Below, piece after piece: positions 13,330 to 26,587 of a DNA stretch of 64,000 bases; the stretch's first letter is position 1; each line of letters opens with the position of its first letter. The notes below the pieces were generated by a model. It was not told where the DNA came from and made no database searches. It saw nothing but the letters and a program-made list of their open reading frames with translations. The DNA is from Paraspadella gotoi (taxonomy: Eukaryota > Animalia > Chaetognatha). The position numbers and the translations under genes were made by a program. The stretch is taken from positions 23,969,964-24,033,963 of the forward strand of contig CM119263.1 in the NCBI GenBank assembly GCA_051294375.1. Reading direction: 5' to 3'.

Positions 13330-14330
13330 TTTCCTTGAATATCATGCGGTGCCCCGCTCACATTTGAAAGCTGCGTCGCCGAATTTCAAATGGTAACGTC
13401 AGATTTGTTTTAATTTTGAATTCGGTGGCGTACGCCACTTGGCGGGGCGCTTGGGGCGCTTGGCTTCCAATTTCCTCGTGGTGGGCGTTACGTCCTGCCT
13501 CTTTGGGTTAACGGCGTTGATTTGAGCTCCTCGTCGCTTGGAGGCATCGGAGTCGTCGGCGAGAGATTCCAGAGTTGCGGCGTGACCGTCAACGGTGGCG
13601 TCTCCAATATTGGACGCCGTCGACGTCGAAGAACTTGTCGGCTGCGTCGGCCAACTGCGTCGCCGTCAGTCGTCTATCTTGTCTTCCAAGCGCGTCTCAC
13701 TTCGAGTGGGAGGCTCGAACAACGGTCTTTCCTTCTTGATGTCGGTCGATGGAGATGCTCTTGATTTTCTCCTCAAGACGAGCAAGATGCTGGGACGGCT
13801 TGAGGCCGTCTCGGCCGAAACCGTCAAGGATAAGGAGGCTTGTTGACGAGGAGTGGTTCCGTATTCTTTTGCGCAAGTAAGTTATGAACTCAGTCCAACG
13901 TGATCAGTCTGCTCGCCATACAAGGAAGGCGTTGCCCGCGGGTTTACATTGACGTCGATCTTTGACTCAAGATGCGCGAATCTTTGCCTTGGCGTCGTGA
14001 ATATTTTGCCCTGACATAGGCTGCCTCGACTCGGCGCATCCACACATCAATGTTTTTTGGATCAAAGAAGGCAGATCCGGCTTTTTCTTACGGTCGAGGG
14101 CGGCGAGGGCGCAGCCGAGGGCGGAGCGTAGCGTCTCCGTCTATCAGTGTGTGGCGCTGTCGCCATTTCGCCGTTGGCGTCAGCGAAGACTTCAGAGAGC
14201 GCGGCGAAAAATCGAAGGTGGCGTCAGCTGGGCGCCGACGGGAGCGTTGGGTGAGTTTCGCGAGAGCGGCCGCGCCAAAGGCGAAAGGGGGCGGGAACGA
14301 TGAGGTTACGTAGTCGGCGGTCTGACGGGT
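13330..14330 (-). pseudogene. gag: gag of element 2 (frameshifted; start approximate)
   Basis: Lies between PBS and protease; FFDPKNIDVWMRRVEAAY segment; knuckle I*RYHLKFGDAAFKCERG at ~13345-13405 (x-x2-H-x9-C, with TGA at the first Cys position). Confidence 0.75.
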
Positions 14331-14393
14331 TTCTCGAGATTCGCCTCATTGATGATAAATGGTTTGGGCATCAGAAGGTTGGGGGAAAGTTTC

Positions 14394-14409
14394 CGCGTTG
14401 GGATCACAA
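14394..14409 (-). promoter_or_regulatory. Primer-binding site, tRNA-Trp-like
   Basis: Minus strand TTGTGATCCCAACGCG adjoins the 5' LTR; resembles TGGTGACCCCGACGTG with one G missing. Confidence 0.65.
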
Positions 14410-14976
14410 TGTAGATGTGACCACAAGAGCGTCAACCGGAAGTGGCCGATGTCGTATCGCGTTGGCGCTGCGTGGCGTCTAGATTGTTTATTTTGGCTTG
14501 GGTAAAAATTTATTAAACCAACTTGCTTGGTTCGCTTGTAAAATGGTACCTTAATAAAATAATCAAAGCATATAGATATTTCCAAATGCTTATGCCAGCA
14601 AGCAATCGAATATCTATATTAATACGATAACAATAATTAATTAATTAAAATTAATTAAACGATTACAATTCAAAATAAACATTAACAAGAAAAGGGAAAA
14701 TTGATAACAAGTATTGAGTCTGTAATTTTTCCTCTAAATCAATTTAAAGTGTTTCTAAGCCTTGATGAAATAATAATGGAATTATGTTCAATGGAATCAG
14801 CTGGTTAGTTCAAAATAAAATGCTCTTTTGTTTGATGATAAACAAAAGGTCAATTTGTATATGGAGAGAATTTATATAAAGGTTTATATAAGTGAAATCA
14901 ATATCAATCCAAACCAACACGGCGGCACGAGATGTCGGGAATCGACCATGAATGGGAGGACCGAGTTCAATTCACA
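14410..14976 (-). repeat. 5' LTR of element 2
   Basis: TGTAGATGTGACC...TCAATTCACA; matches 9047-9611. Confidence 0.93.
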
Positions 14977-16267
14977 TTTCTAAGAGAGAGTGTGTATTTT
15001 AAAACTGTAACTTTATAACTCCCATATTGAATTCAATTTAGTACGACCAAAATAAAAAAAATACATGTTCAATTTGGGTTCAATCTACAAGATATATTTA
15101 GTTTTATCGTAGAGAGTTAAACGTTGATAATTCACGCTTGACTTCCGTTGCTCTTCTTATTCATAAAATCAATAATTTTCGTCCTTTATGAGGTGACATC
15201 TTCGCCGTTATTTTATCCAATTATCGTCGTCGTCGTCCGAACGATTTCTTTCTTTCTTCCGCAAAGATAAAAGGTGATGTATGAATATTGTTCCAAGGAA
15301 AAACGAGGAACCGTCCGAACTGGCGGAGCCCGTGGAAACTTTATACATCTGACGGACGGCGTGAGGAGTGGTGGGGGGGGATGAGGTAGAGGGTGGGGGT
15401 GGAGGGGCTAAACGGAAAAAGTCTTGAGAGAATTTTCTGACTTTCGGACCCGAGGACTAATTTATATCCGAATTCCTAATTCTCGACTGAAGAGGAAAGG
15501 TTGGCGGAAAGAGAGGGGGGCGTTCAATCGGTTGAGAAAAGAGAGGAGATATCGAAGTTAAGGAAAAAAAATTAGATCAGTTCCGATAAGTCGACAATTT
15601 TCTTTAAAAAACTTGAAATAAAAAAAATTAATTACAAAACAACGGATTTTTTGTAACAGGAAATAAAAAAAAAACAGAAAAGAAATAAATATTGAAGAAA
15701 AAACCGTAACGGATTTAATTCGCAAAGACTTTATGTAAATTATGTGTAGATTTTTCTACTTGGCAATAACACTATTACTAATTTTTTTTTTTTTTTTGCA
15801 AGAAATTAAAAACGAGAAAAAAAAATCCGAGAAATCCCTTTTTCAACTTTTAATCCCGAGCGCCGATTAGCGACATCTGCGACAAACCGCACAAAACGAA
15901 ACGCTGTTTGCGCAATTGTGCAAAATGAGGGAAAACAGGGGGGGGGGTGACGACGACGACGACAATGGACGACGACGACGATCGCGTCGAAGAAACGATA
16001 CCAATGCAAATTCTTTTGTCAACATTTTCATAATCGATGAAATATTCAAATGAATTCAGGGAGGAAGGGAGGAAGGGAGAGATGGGAGGAGGGGAGGAAG
16101 AGAGGAAAGGGAGGAAGATGTAGAGGAAAGGAGAATGAGGAAAGGGATAAGTGAAATGAAGGAAAGGAAGACGAGATGCGGGCGAGCTTCTCAACGGGTC
16201 TGTCAGCTCGATTCATGGATTCCCAAGGAAAAGTGCAATTTTTCAATTTTTCAATTTCACCATCCCT

Positions 16268-16342
<75 letters not shown>

Positions 16343-16773
16343 CTCTCTCCTCTCTCCTCTCCCACCTGTCTCAATCTTCCATCTCCTGTACTCTTCCTGG
16401 TTCGAATTCAATTGTATTTCGTCAGCCAGGCGAGAAAATTAACCTTTTAAATTAGATTAAAGGCTCAAGGACACCTGTCAAGGATTTCCTCAAAGTCTTT
16501 CACAATATTCACAAAGGCCTGTCAGCTACAAGATGTAATTTTCCCGAAGCCTCGAGGTTATTTTTCTCCGGACGAAAGGACGAAGGACGAACGAATAGAG
16601 AGCGAGAGGCACGGCACGTCTGACTTAAACATCGTTTTTACACTCTGACTTTACTTTTTAATTTCTACTGACAATGATTAATTGATAATTTGAGAAAAAA
16701 AAAATTCATCAAGCGTAAGTGTAATCACGAACGTAAATAACGATTCTCGTCCTTCCGTTTTTCAATACTTTAT

Positions 16774-16858
<85 letters not shown>

Positions 16859-19677
16859 ATCGCTTCTCTGTTTCTTTTCCCTCCTACTCTTCCTCTTCTC
16901 CCTCTTCCCCCTTACTAGTCCCAAGTACTATCTAAACTTTCCCGCGCTAATTTCCCCTAACGATCCTGGCTAATTGTCCATTTTTTACGACCTCAATCGC
17001 CTCGTGACGTCATTCCTCCATTTATCAATACATCCGATTCTCCTCGCGCCCATACGCCATTTTCTATGGCCTCCCCTTTTCCCTCCCCCTTTATCGCCAG
17101 AGGGCGTCGCCTCATCGAGAGACTCCCCCCCTCCCCCCCTTTCTCTCTTTCGGCGTCATTCATCAGTTCCGGTCCTGTTCACGTTCGGAGCGCGCAGGCG
17201 CACGTCGACCGGGTCCAATCGAACACGTGAACTATCACGTGATCTAGAATCGGAAGAGGACTTGCTCGCCCTTGCGATGTCTACATTCGGCAGATATTGA
17301 GTCTGAAAAATGAAAATCCTTTCATTCGCAAAAAAAGACGACAGCTACGCAGCTTATGAGATGTTCACTTACGATCCGTAGCGATATAGCAATCTGCGTA
17401 ATTATGACAGTTTTTCTCTTTAATTTTTAATACGGAGTCTATAAAGAATTTTTGCTTTGCAAGAAAAGTAAACTGCAAGAGAACGGAGCGTCTTGCACAG
17501 CACCGCCCCGCCAGCCAACGTTTCTACCTCTTTCCGTCTCGACCGAAGAACAAAAGGACATCCGAAAACTATATGTCTCAGTTAGAATCGGAGGGAACGT
17601 GTCAATAGCACGCAGAGTCGGATGGGCACGCGGAAACTGTGCACGCAAGGATGGGTGGCCGGGAAGAGATCGAGGAGAGCTCGCGAGTGCGGAAATCGAG
17701 AGGAGGAGATAATTAACTACCGATCGAGAGCGATACAACGACGACGACGCGACGGACAGACTGACGTCGTAGCTCGAAAGAAAATTAATAGAAATTCTAA
17801 TTTCGCTTCGAAGACCAAGACAGCGCATGAAAACAACAACAACGACCATAAAGAGGACGACGACGGTACGAACCGGAGACTAAGGAAGGACGACGAGGAA
17901 TGAATAGACAAGTGACGAACGGTTGTTCCGCCTTTAAGTCTCTCGACGCTCCATCGTGAGAGTTCCTCACCGAGATCCGTGAACGTTCGGTCACTGTGAT
18001 ACGCCTTTCTTGTGAATCTCCGTCACGGTCGCTAGAGATGCTTGTTTTCCTGTTTCTGTGGTCACCTTCGCTGCAAGTGTGTGAAGATTTGTCACGGTTT
18101 TCACTCTAACTTGTTGAATGGTGACTGAAGATAGTGACAGAGAGAAGAGAGAGAGAAGGATGAGAGAGGAGTGAGAGAGAGAGAGATAGAATTTGCTCAA
18201 TCGCCACGGACGGTATTTACTGAAAGGGCGCGCGAAGTCGGCGCGAACGGACTTCGATGGAATAACGCAACTCGCGGAATTACGAGGATCGAGAAGAATG
18301 GGGTCTTAAACGATAAAAGGGACGGACAAACATGGACGGACGGTCGTTAAATTGAACGTAATTGAAGTGGATAGAGGGAGCGAGGAGTTTGGGACCGAAG
18401 GACCTCATCGTTAAGTGTAAGAAAGTATGATATGTAAGTGGATTTCTTTGACGGAAGAACAAGATATAAAGAATATTCAAAGACTCATACGGTCGTAAGA
18501 ATTTTCGAGAAGAAAAGTGGAGATTGGATGAAAACCGACACTTGTCTATATTTTTGATCGACATGGCTTTAATGCGAGATTTATGATGGAACTCAGAGAC
18601 GAAATGAAAGAAATCTGGAAATATAAGAATTAAGAGCAACAGAACGAGGAAGATGGCGAAGATAAAGAATATGCCAAAACAGATGTTTTGAGTTGTACGG
18701 CGCAATCGGGATCTCTTTCCCTCCGCTTTTTGTTTGTTTGTCCTTTTTTTTTTTTGTTTTCCTCTTCCTCTTTCCTTCTTCCTTCCTTTTTCTTCTTTCT
18801 TCTTTCATTCTCTCTTTGACCCCGTCTCTAACATTTTCCTTTCACTCCTCCCTCGTTCCCGTCTTTTGTTTCCTAGCTCTTCTTTTCCTCGTCCCTTTAT
18901 CGAATTTTCGTCGACATCTTCGGCCCCGCGATGTTCATATTGTTTCATTACGCGTCGAGCGCCGTCTTTCACTTTGTTTTTCTCGTTACAACTTGTCAAT
19001 CGCGACGTCCACCGACGCTTCGTTTGTCAACGGAGAGAGGCGACTCTCTGAGGAGGAAGAATGAGGAGCGAAAAAGGAACGAAGGAGGAAGAGGAGATAG
19101 GAATGGCTAGGGGTCAGAAAATGAAGAGTCTTTCCGAAAGAGAGAAGAAAAAAAAACCTGAGTCTTGGTCAACCACTTGAAAGGATCAACACTGAAGATG
19201 GAGACAAATTGCCAAGGAGCGGGAAAACTAAAAGGGAAATAAGGAAGTTTGATCAACAACAACAACGACAGCAACGGAATAGCATTTTGCATATCATGAA
19301 ACAAAAACAAAATATGGTCATTGGAATGAATCTTTTAATAATGACAAATTCCTGGTTTTTTGAATGCAAATAACCAATTGCATGTATCATATTCCAATTT
19401 CAAATTATTCAACGATTTTTTTTCTTGGGGAGAAACTTGTGCAAAATAGAATACTGACTTGTAAAAATGTCGAGCACTGCCAAAAATAAAAATGAAATAA
19501 AAATAACGAATTAAAAAAGTTTGTGTTTTCGTTTGAAAAAGTGACCACAGACTCCATACACCCCCCCTTCCACCCCCGTCCGAGATCACTCGTCTCACCT
19601 TGGATTGGGACACTACGACTCAAGAGTAAGATCTCTGGTCTCTCTCTCTCTCTCTCGTAGATCTCTCTCTCTTCTCT

Positions 19678-19748
<71 letters not shown>

Positions 19749-20052
19749 ATCGCGGCCTCGCTTGTTTGTTGATCTGGTCGGGAAAAAAACAAACCTTATT
19801 TCAAGATAGAACAAGAAGAAGAAAAAAAGATGAAGAAGAAAGAAAATGAAGATAAAGAAGAAAAAAAGTATTTTCCTTCTCTTTTGCCATCTTTTTCGAC
19901 AAAAAAAGCGTTTTTAACTGTTGCGTATTTTTTTTAATTCTACACCCTGGAAGAAATACACTTCCTCTCTGATTAGTGCAATTTTAGAATAAAAATAAAA
20001 GTTTAAATTCCTTTTTCAAATTTTTTTCAAATTTTTTTATATAATAATAATA

Positions 20053-20077
20053 NNNNNNNNNNNNNNNNNNNNNNNNN
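20053..20077. other. 25-N assembly gap (also 42968-42992, 53265-53289, 56424-56448; 150-N gap at 53768-53917)
   Basis: N runs counted directly. Confidence 0.97.
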
Positions 20078-23000
20078 GAGGATGAGAGAGAGAGAGAGAG
20101 AGAGAGCACGAGAGACGGAGAGAGATAAGAGGAGCATGAGAAGACGTAGAGAGAGAGGAGAGAGGTGGCGTAAAATGTGAAGCAGAACGGAGAAGGAATG
20201 AGACAAAAATGGGCCATTATGGGCCATAATGCGAGATTCCTGGCCCTTCGGTAAATTCGTCCCTCGGGAAAAATCAGTGGTGAGGGTTTTGCAGTGGCTT
20301 TATTTAGCTTTGCGGCTTTCTCAACGGGATCTCGTGGGAACGAGACAGAGGTTAGTCGGAAGAGGGTTGGGTTAGTTGAGGCGCGGGGAGTTGAAAAACG
20401 ATTTTCCATGGAAAAAATCTCGGGGGGAATTAGAGTTGAAGTGAAAATAAATATGTTGAGATTATTCTATTCAGAGAATCAATATTTTTTCGTCATTGAT
20501 CTAAACATTTTTGTCTATAACCAGCTTGTTTGTCAAATGAATTGATCTTCAATTTTATATTGGTAGTAACTTTAAGCTAAAATAATATATATCTTATATA
20601 ACAAAATAAAATTTTCGTTTATTCTTTTTCGTGGTCGTCTTTATTTCTTTTATACTCCTGAGAATAAAACGACGAACAGCGGAAAAAACCGAGAGAGAGC
20701 AAAGAAGAGGCGAAAAAGAGTGTGTAAAGCTTCATGGAAATTCTGTCAGTTCTGAAAAAGATCTCCGTGAACAACAGGCGCGGAAAAATCTGTTTAGGGC
20801 CAATGGCTGGCGTCGGCGGCGTGAACGAGGGTCAGGGCGGAGTGGGGGAGAAGGAGCGTGCAGAGGTGGGGCGATGGCTTGGAAGATATGGGGTGGTGAG
20901 GGAAGTAGGTTTTAACAGGAAGAGGAGGAGTTAGACATTGTGAATATTTTATAATTATTGAAAAGCATATCGATTTAAAAATAGAAAGGGTAAAAAGTAA
21001 AAAATAAACAGTCAAAGAAACAGAGAGTGGCAAAAAAAAAATTTTTATGTGAAATGAAGATTAAAAAATAGTCTTGTAAGGTGGAGGAACAAAAGAGAAT
21101 ATAAAGGAAAAGGAAAAAACTTTTGAAGAAATGTCGATAATTCGAGCGCTGGGACGTTGGCGGAGAAAATATACGAATGGAAGATAAAGACGGAGATGTA
21201 TAGATTAGAAAAAAGAAAATAGAAGAGAATTACGAAAGGAATAAAAGAGGGAAATAAAAGAAATCGAGAGATAAACGGAAAGCCGGGTGAAGACCGTCGG
21301 AGCTGCTCGATGCTGACGAGACGCATGACGCCGACGAGGGTCAGCGACGCCTCGGACGGGCTAACCATGGCGACAGCGGAGAAAGTGGGACAAACGGGAG
21401 AGAACTGGACCCAAGAATTCCTGGGCCCGCCCTAAAACCCATAATCATTTAGACTTTTTTCTGTTTATTTTTTTTTTTATCTCTTGTGAATGGCGCGTAG
21501 AAAAAATCTTTTTTCATAACAATATAGGGCTTATATTGTAATCCATTAGAAACTTGTTTCCATCGAACCCCCCAAAAAAATCGGAAAAAAACAGATCCAT
21601 TCTACTTTAGATACTCAAAAGGTTCACTCGGGAGTTTCGCGGGAAACAAAGAGATAAAAACTAAAAAAACCGATTGTAAAATCGGGTTTAATCTCAGAAT
21701 TTCAGGCCGGTGAAAAAGGGGGCGTAAAAGCAGAAGAGATAGACGAGAGAGAGAGTAGAACATTAATTACTTAAGTGAGTTGAAGAGATGAGAGAGAAGA
21801 GGATGAGATAGAGAGAGAAGAGAGGAGAGAGTGATGAGGACGGAAGAGATTAATGAGAGGGAGAGGATAGAGATGAGAGAGAATGAGAGAGAGCCATGGA
21901 ATTTTTAACAATCTCGAAGGGGAACCGGGAATTGGAAGGGAACGAATTCTTTCCCGCTGAAAAACTCACCCAAAAGAACTGTTTTACGCTTTGAAATGTT
22001 TTTCTGCTCCTTCTTTCCTAATTCTTCTTTTTCTTCTTTCTTTTTTCTTTCCTTTTTTTCTATTTTTTTTTTTCTTTTCTTTCTTCGGATACTTCCTGGT
22101 GTGTAGCATTCATAGATACGTAATGGGATACAACCCGCGTCAATCCTTTTACTAATTTAGTTGAGAAACTCAGTTATCTAAAATTAAATTGGTTTCCCAC
22201 ACGTTCAGTCGGGATCTTCGTGAAGTGATTTGAATCGGTTTACCATTTCAATTTTTAAGAGACCTCTACCGACATTCAAATGATTAGACTGAAAATTCGC
22301 AGAAACTCACGGAAATTGTATTGCTTTCTTAAATTTGGGGGCCCGTCATCTTCTGAACTTTCATCATCGCAGTTTGGTTACGCTAAGGTATGTTTGTATC
22401 AGCAACAAAATGGCGGAAATGAACGATTTTTGGACAGAGAAAAAATTTCACCCTGACCTTGTGGGGTTGAGAGTGGAAAGCTTTCGAAGGTACATGGCCG
22501 GTCGGTTTTTTGAAAGTTATCTTGCGCCTCGACGGCGTCGACTGGCATGAAGACGGACGAAGACGGGCGAAAATGGACGAAAAACGGGCGCAAGCAGACG
22601 AATACGGGAGTGAAAAGGGAAAGGAATCAACATCTCAGCCACAACGAAACCTTTTTTGTATATCGACGACTACGAGGACTTTCGTCATAAAAATGAAATC
22701 GTGAGGGAGACGTTTGGCGCGGGAAAAAGATATGGGATGCAAAGGGGTGAAGTGGGGGGGAGCTTACGGGGGAGGTAAGGCGCCAAGAAGCGAGCGAGGG
22801 AGTAGAGGAGGATGAGGAGGAGGAGGAGGAGACGGTTTTGTGGTTATCGTTGTTTCTCGGTGGATTTAAAATTCAAGGTTTGGTTCGCGGGTTAAGGCAG
22901 GGTCGAGAATCGAAAGAAGAAAAGGGAAAGAGAGGAAGGAGAGGGGGGGAGAATAGAAAAGACAGTGATTCTCCGCTGTGATCGTACGCAGTAGGTTTTA

Positions 23001-23560
23001 ATATAGTCACCGCTTCTCATACGGTGAAGAGAGAGGAAGCAAAGTTTTGGGCGTAGATGACGTGGTTGTCCCGAAGGAATAGTCTTGTCTGAAACCCAGA
23101 CGTCGAGAACTGAGTTGTTATGTCGGAGTTCCAGGAGGAGAAGAAGAAAGGAGCAGAGCAGGAGCGGAGTTTGTGGGGTTGGCGTTTCCGGTCTCGAAGG
23201 CGCTGCCGGAGGTTGCTAGGCAACGCTGCGTCTCGAAGGTCGAGGTCTCACGGCGAAAACAACGAGTTGCTTTTCCAAGGGCTTCGTCGTGCGAGGCGGC
23301 GTCTAGGCGGAGGCGACTGGGGCGGCAGAAATAATATGAGGAGGAAGGTGAGGAGGAGGGAAGAGGAGAGGAGTTAAGCGATAAAACACGTTAATATCTT
23401 CTTCTTCTTCTTTGTTGTTGTTCGTCTTCAATCGTTATCGACCCGTGTAACTTCGTCGTTTTCTCTCTTGGGAAAGAAAGAAATCACTCTTCTCGCGCTT
23501 TCTTCATTCTCTAATCTTCTCTCTCTCTCTCTCTCTCTCTCATCTTCTCTCTCTCTCTCT

Positions 23561-23599
<39 letters not shown>

Positions 23600-24418
23600 C
23601 TTCCTTTCTTGGAAAAGCGCGATACAGGCTATGCAGGCTGGCGCAGGGCTATCAGTCCGTCGGCAAAAAACGTAACGACCTACGGATGATAGCGATTCGT
23701 CGTTGTTGTCGTCGTTGTTGTTGTTGTCCTCGCCGCCTGTCCTCGTGGAACGATTTTCAGTCGTTAACGTCGTCGTCGTCTTATTCATTGTCCTGGTAAT
23801 TTACATCACCCCTGATCATCCTCTTCATCATATTCGTAGTCATCGAGTCTCTTTTTCTTTCTGCTTCTCGCTTCGCCCTAATCAATTTTATAGCTTGGGT
23901 GATATAAAAATGTAGTAATAGCAGCAGCAATAGCTGTTCATTACATACTTAAATTAGATTTGATGGTTTCTAGAGAGAGAGTGTATTTAAACTGTAACTC
24001 TAATAACTCCCATATTGAAATTCAATTTAGTACGACCAAAATAAAAAAAATACATGTTCAGGGTTCAATCTACAAGATATATTTAGTTTTATCGTAGAGA
24101 GTTAAATGTTGATAATTCACGCTTGGCTTCCGTTGCTCTTTCTTATTCATTAATCAATAATTTCTCGTCCTTTATGAGGTGACATCTTCGCCGTATTTTA
24201 TCCAATTATCGTCGTCGTCGTCCGAACGATTCTTTCTTTCTTCCGCAAAGATAAAAGGTGATGGAATGGAATGAAATTGTTCAAGGAAAAAACGGGAAAC
24301 GGTCCCCGTAACTGGCGAGCCCGTGGAAACTTCTATACATCTGACCGCGACGGCTGTCGAGGCAGATGCGCCTGGGGGGGGGGCATAAGGTAGAGGGTGG
24401 GGGTGGAAGGTGGAGGGT

Positions 24419-25067
24419 AAGGCGTAGTGAAAGTTAGACATAACGAAAATTCTAAAATGTCAAATATATGAAACAACATTTACCATTCGATGTGAAATTA
24501 TATTTTGAAAAAAAAATAATTTTTATGTATTTTTTAATTTTGCAGTAGTGCTATATATTATATCTATTAGTACTATCCTTATAAATTGAAAAATTTCAAA
24601 AAGCCTTTTCTTAATTTTGTTTTGCAGATTTGAATTCTCGTCGAAAGAAGTTGATTAAAAACGAAATATAAATCATTTTTAAAATTCTTTCATTAAGTGG
24701 GTGAAATTAAAAAAACTATATTTTAATAATATAAAAAGTTAATTTTCAGCTTAAAATATAGCTTTTCTCAAATTTTGACCCAACTTAATGAAGTGAATTT
24801 TTAGAAAAGAGTTATATATTCTTTGTTATCAAACTTTCTTATGACGATCCAAATCTGCAAAAAATTCCTTGAAAAAACTTTTTGAAATTTTAACATTTAT
24901 TGGATTAGCTAACTAGTATAATAATTATGGTCTCTACTGGTAAATTGTAAATTTATTATGAATATTTTTTATCATAAATGATTCAGTTAGTATAATGTTA
25001 GTTTCGTTCTCCACTTTTTTAGAATTTTACATTTAAAGTTAAATTTAGAAATTGTTTACTACGCCTT
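24419..25067. mobile_element. Non-autonomous foldback DNA transposon (Mutator/MULE-like MITE)
   Basis: Ends AAGGCGTAGTGAA / TTTACTACGCCTT; perfect 9-bp TSD GTGGAGGGT at 24410-24418 and 25068-25076; internal mirror motifs; absent at the homologous sites ~15400 and ~54450. Confidence 0.88.
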
Positions 25068-25983
25068 GTGGAGGGTGGCTAAACGGAAAAAAGTCTAGGG
25101 GAGAATTTCTTGACTTTTCGGACCCGAGGAATTTATCCGATTCTCATGTCTCGACTGAAGAGGAAAGGTTGGGCGGAAAGAGAGGGGGGCGTTCAATCGG
25201 TTGAGAAAAGAGAGGAGATATCGAAGGTAAGGGAAAAAAATTAGATAAGTTCCGGATAGTCGACAATTTTCTTTAAAAAACTTGAAATAAAAAAAGATTA
25301 TTACAAAACCAACGGATTTTTTTTACAGGAAATAAAAAAAAAAACAGAAAAATAAATATTGAAGAAAAAAACCGTGAACGGATTTAATTCGCAAAGACTT
25401 TATGTAAATTATGTGTAAGATTTTTCTTCTTTGCAATAACATTTACTAATTTTTTTTTTTTTTTTGCAAGAAATTAAAAACGAGAAAAAAAATCCGAGAA
25501 ATCCCTCTTTCAACTTTTAATCCCGAGCGCCGATTAGCGACATCTGCGACAAACCGGCACAAAACGAAACGCTGTTTGCGCAATTGCCTGCAAATGAGGG
25601 AAAACAGGGGGGGTGACGAGACCGACGACGACAATGGACTGACGACGCGACGATCGCGTCGAAGAAACGAACCCAATGCAAAATTCTTTTGTCAACATTT
25701 TCATAATCGATGAAATATTCAATGAATTTCAGGGAGGAAGGGAGGAAGGGAGAGATGGGGAGGAGGGGGGGAAGAGGAAAGGGAGGAAGATGTAGAGGAA
25801 AGGAGAATGAGGAAAGGGATAAGATGAAAATGAAGGAAAGAAGACGAGATGCGGGCGAGCTTCTCAACGTCTGTCAGCTCGATTCATGGATTTCCCCAAG
25901 GAAAAGAGTTGCAATTATTTCAATTTTTCATTTCACCATCCCTGGTTCTTCTCTCTCTCTCTCCTCTCTCCTCTCTCTCTCTC

Positions 25984-26029
<46 letters not shown>

Positions 26030-26542
26030 TCTCTCTCCTCTCTCTTCTCTCCCCACTGTCTTCAATCTTCCATCTCCTGGACTCTTGCTGGTTCGAATTC
26101 ATATTTGTATTTCGTCAGCCAGGCGAGAAAATTAACCTTTTAAAATTAGATTAAAGGCTCAAGGACACCTGTCAAGGATTTCCTCAAAGTCTTTCACAAT
26201 ATTCACAAAGGCCTGTCAGCTACAAGATGTTAATTTTCCCGAACCTCGAGGATTATTTTTCATTCGCGACGAAGAGGACGAAGACGAACGAATAGTAGAG
26301 ACGAGAGGCACGGCACATCTCGAACTTAAACATCGTTTTACACTCTGACTTTACTGGTTTTAATTTTCTACTGACAATGTATTAATTGATAATTTGAAGG
26401 GAAAAAAATTTCATCAAGCGTAAGTGTAATCACGAACGTAAAATAAGATTCTCGTCCTTCCGTTTTATACAATACTTTTATTCCTCTCCTCTCATCTCTT
26501 CCTCCTTTCCCCCTTCACCTTCTCTCTCTCTCTCCTCTCTCT

Positions 26543-26587
<45 letters not shown>

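Larger units (their letters stand above)
9047..14976 (-). mobile_element. Ty3/Gypsy LTR retrotransposon 2 (CsRn1/Kabuki-like), full length, frameshifted
   Basis: ~565-bp near-identical direct repeats at 9047-9611 and 14410-14976 with TG..CA ends; PBS, PPT and gag-PR-RT-RH-IN on the minus strand; flanks ttt/tttc; empty site gatggTTTCtagagag at ~23962-23977. Confidence 0.95.
1..20052 (+). repeat. Host segment copy A (interrupted by two LTR elements)
   Basis: 1-264, 6495-9046 and 14977-20052 are colinear with ~21243-29890; ends at a 25-N gap. Confidence 0.9.

Noticed and set aside
16046-16455. Many ORFs encoding (ER)n, (SL)n or F/K-rich peptides across the window
   Set aside because: They are translations of (GA)n/(CT)n and A/T-rich low-complexity tracts.
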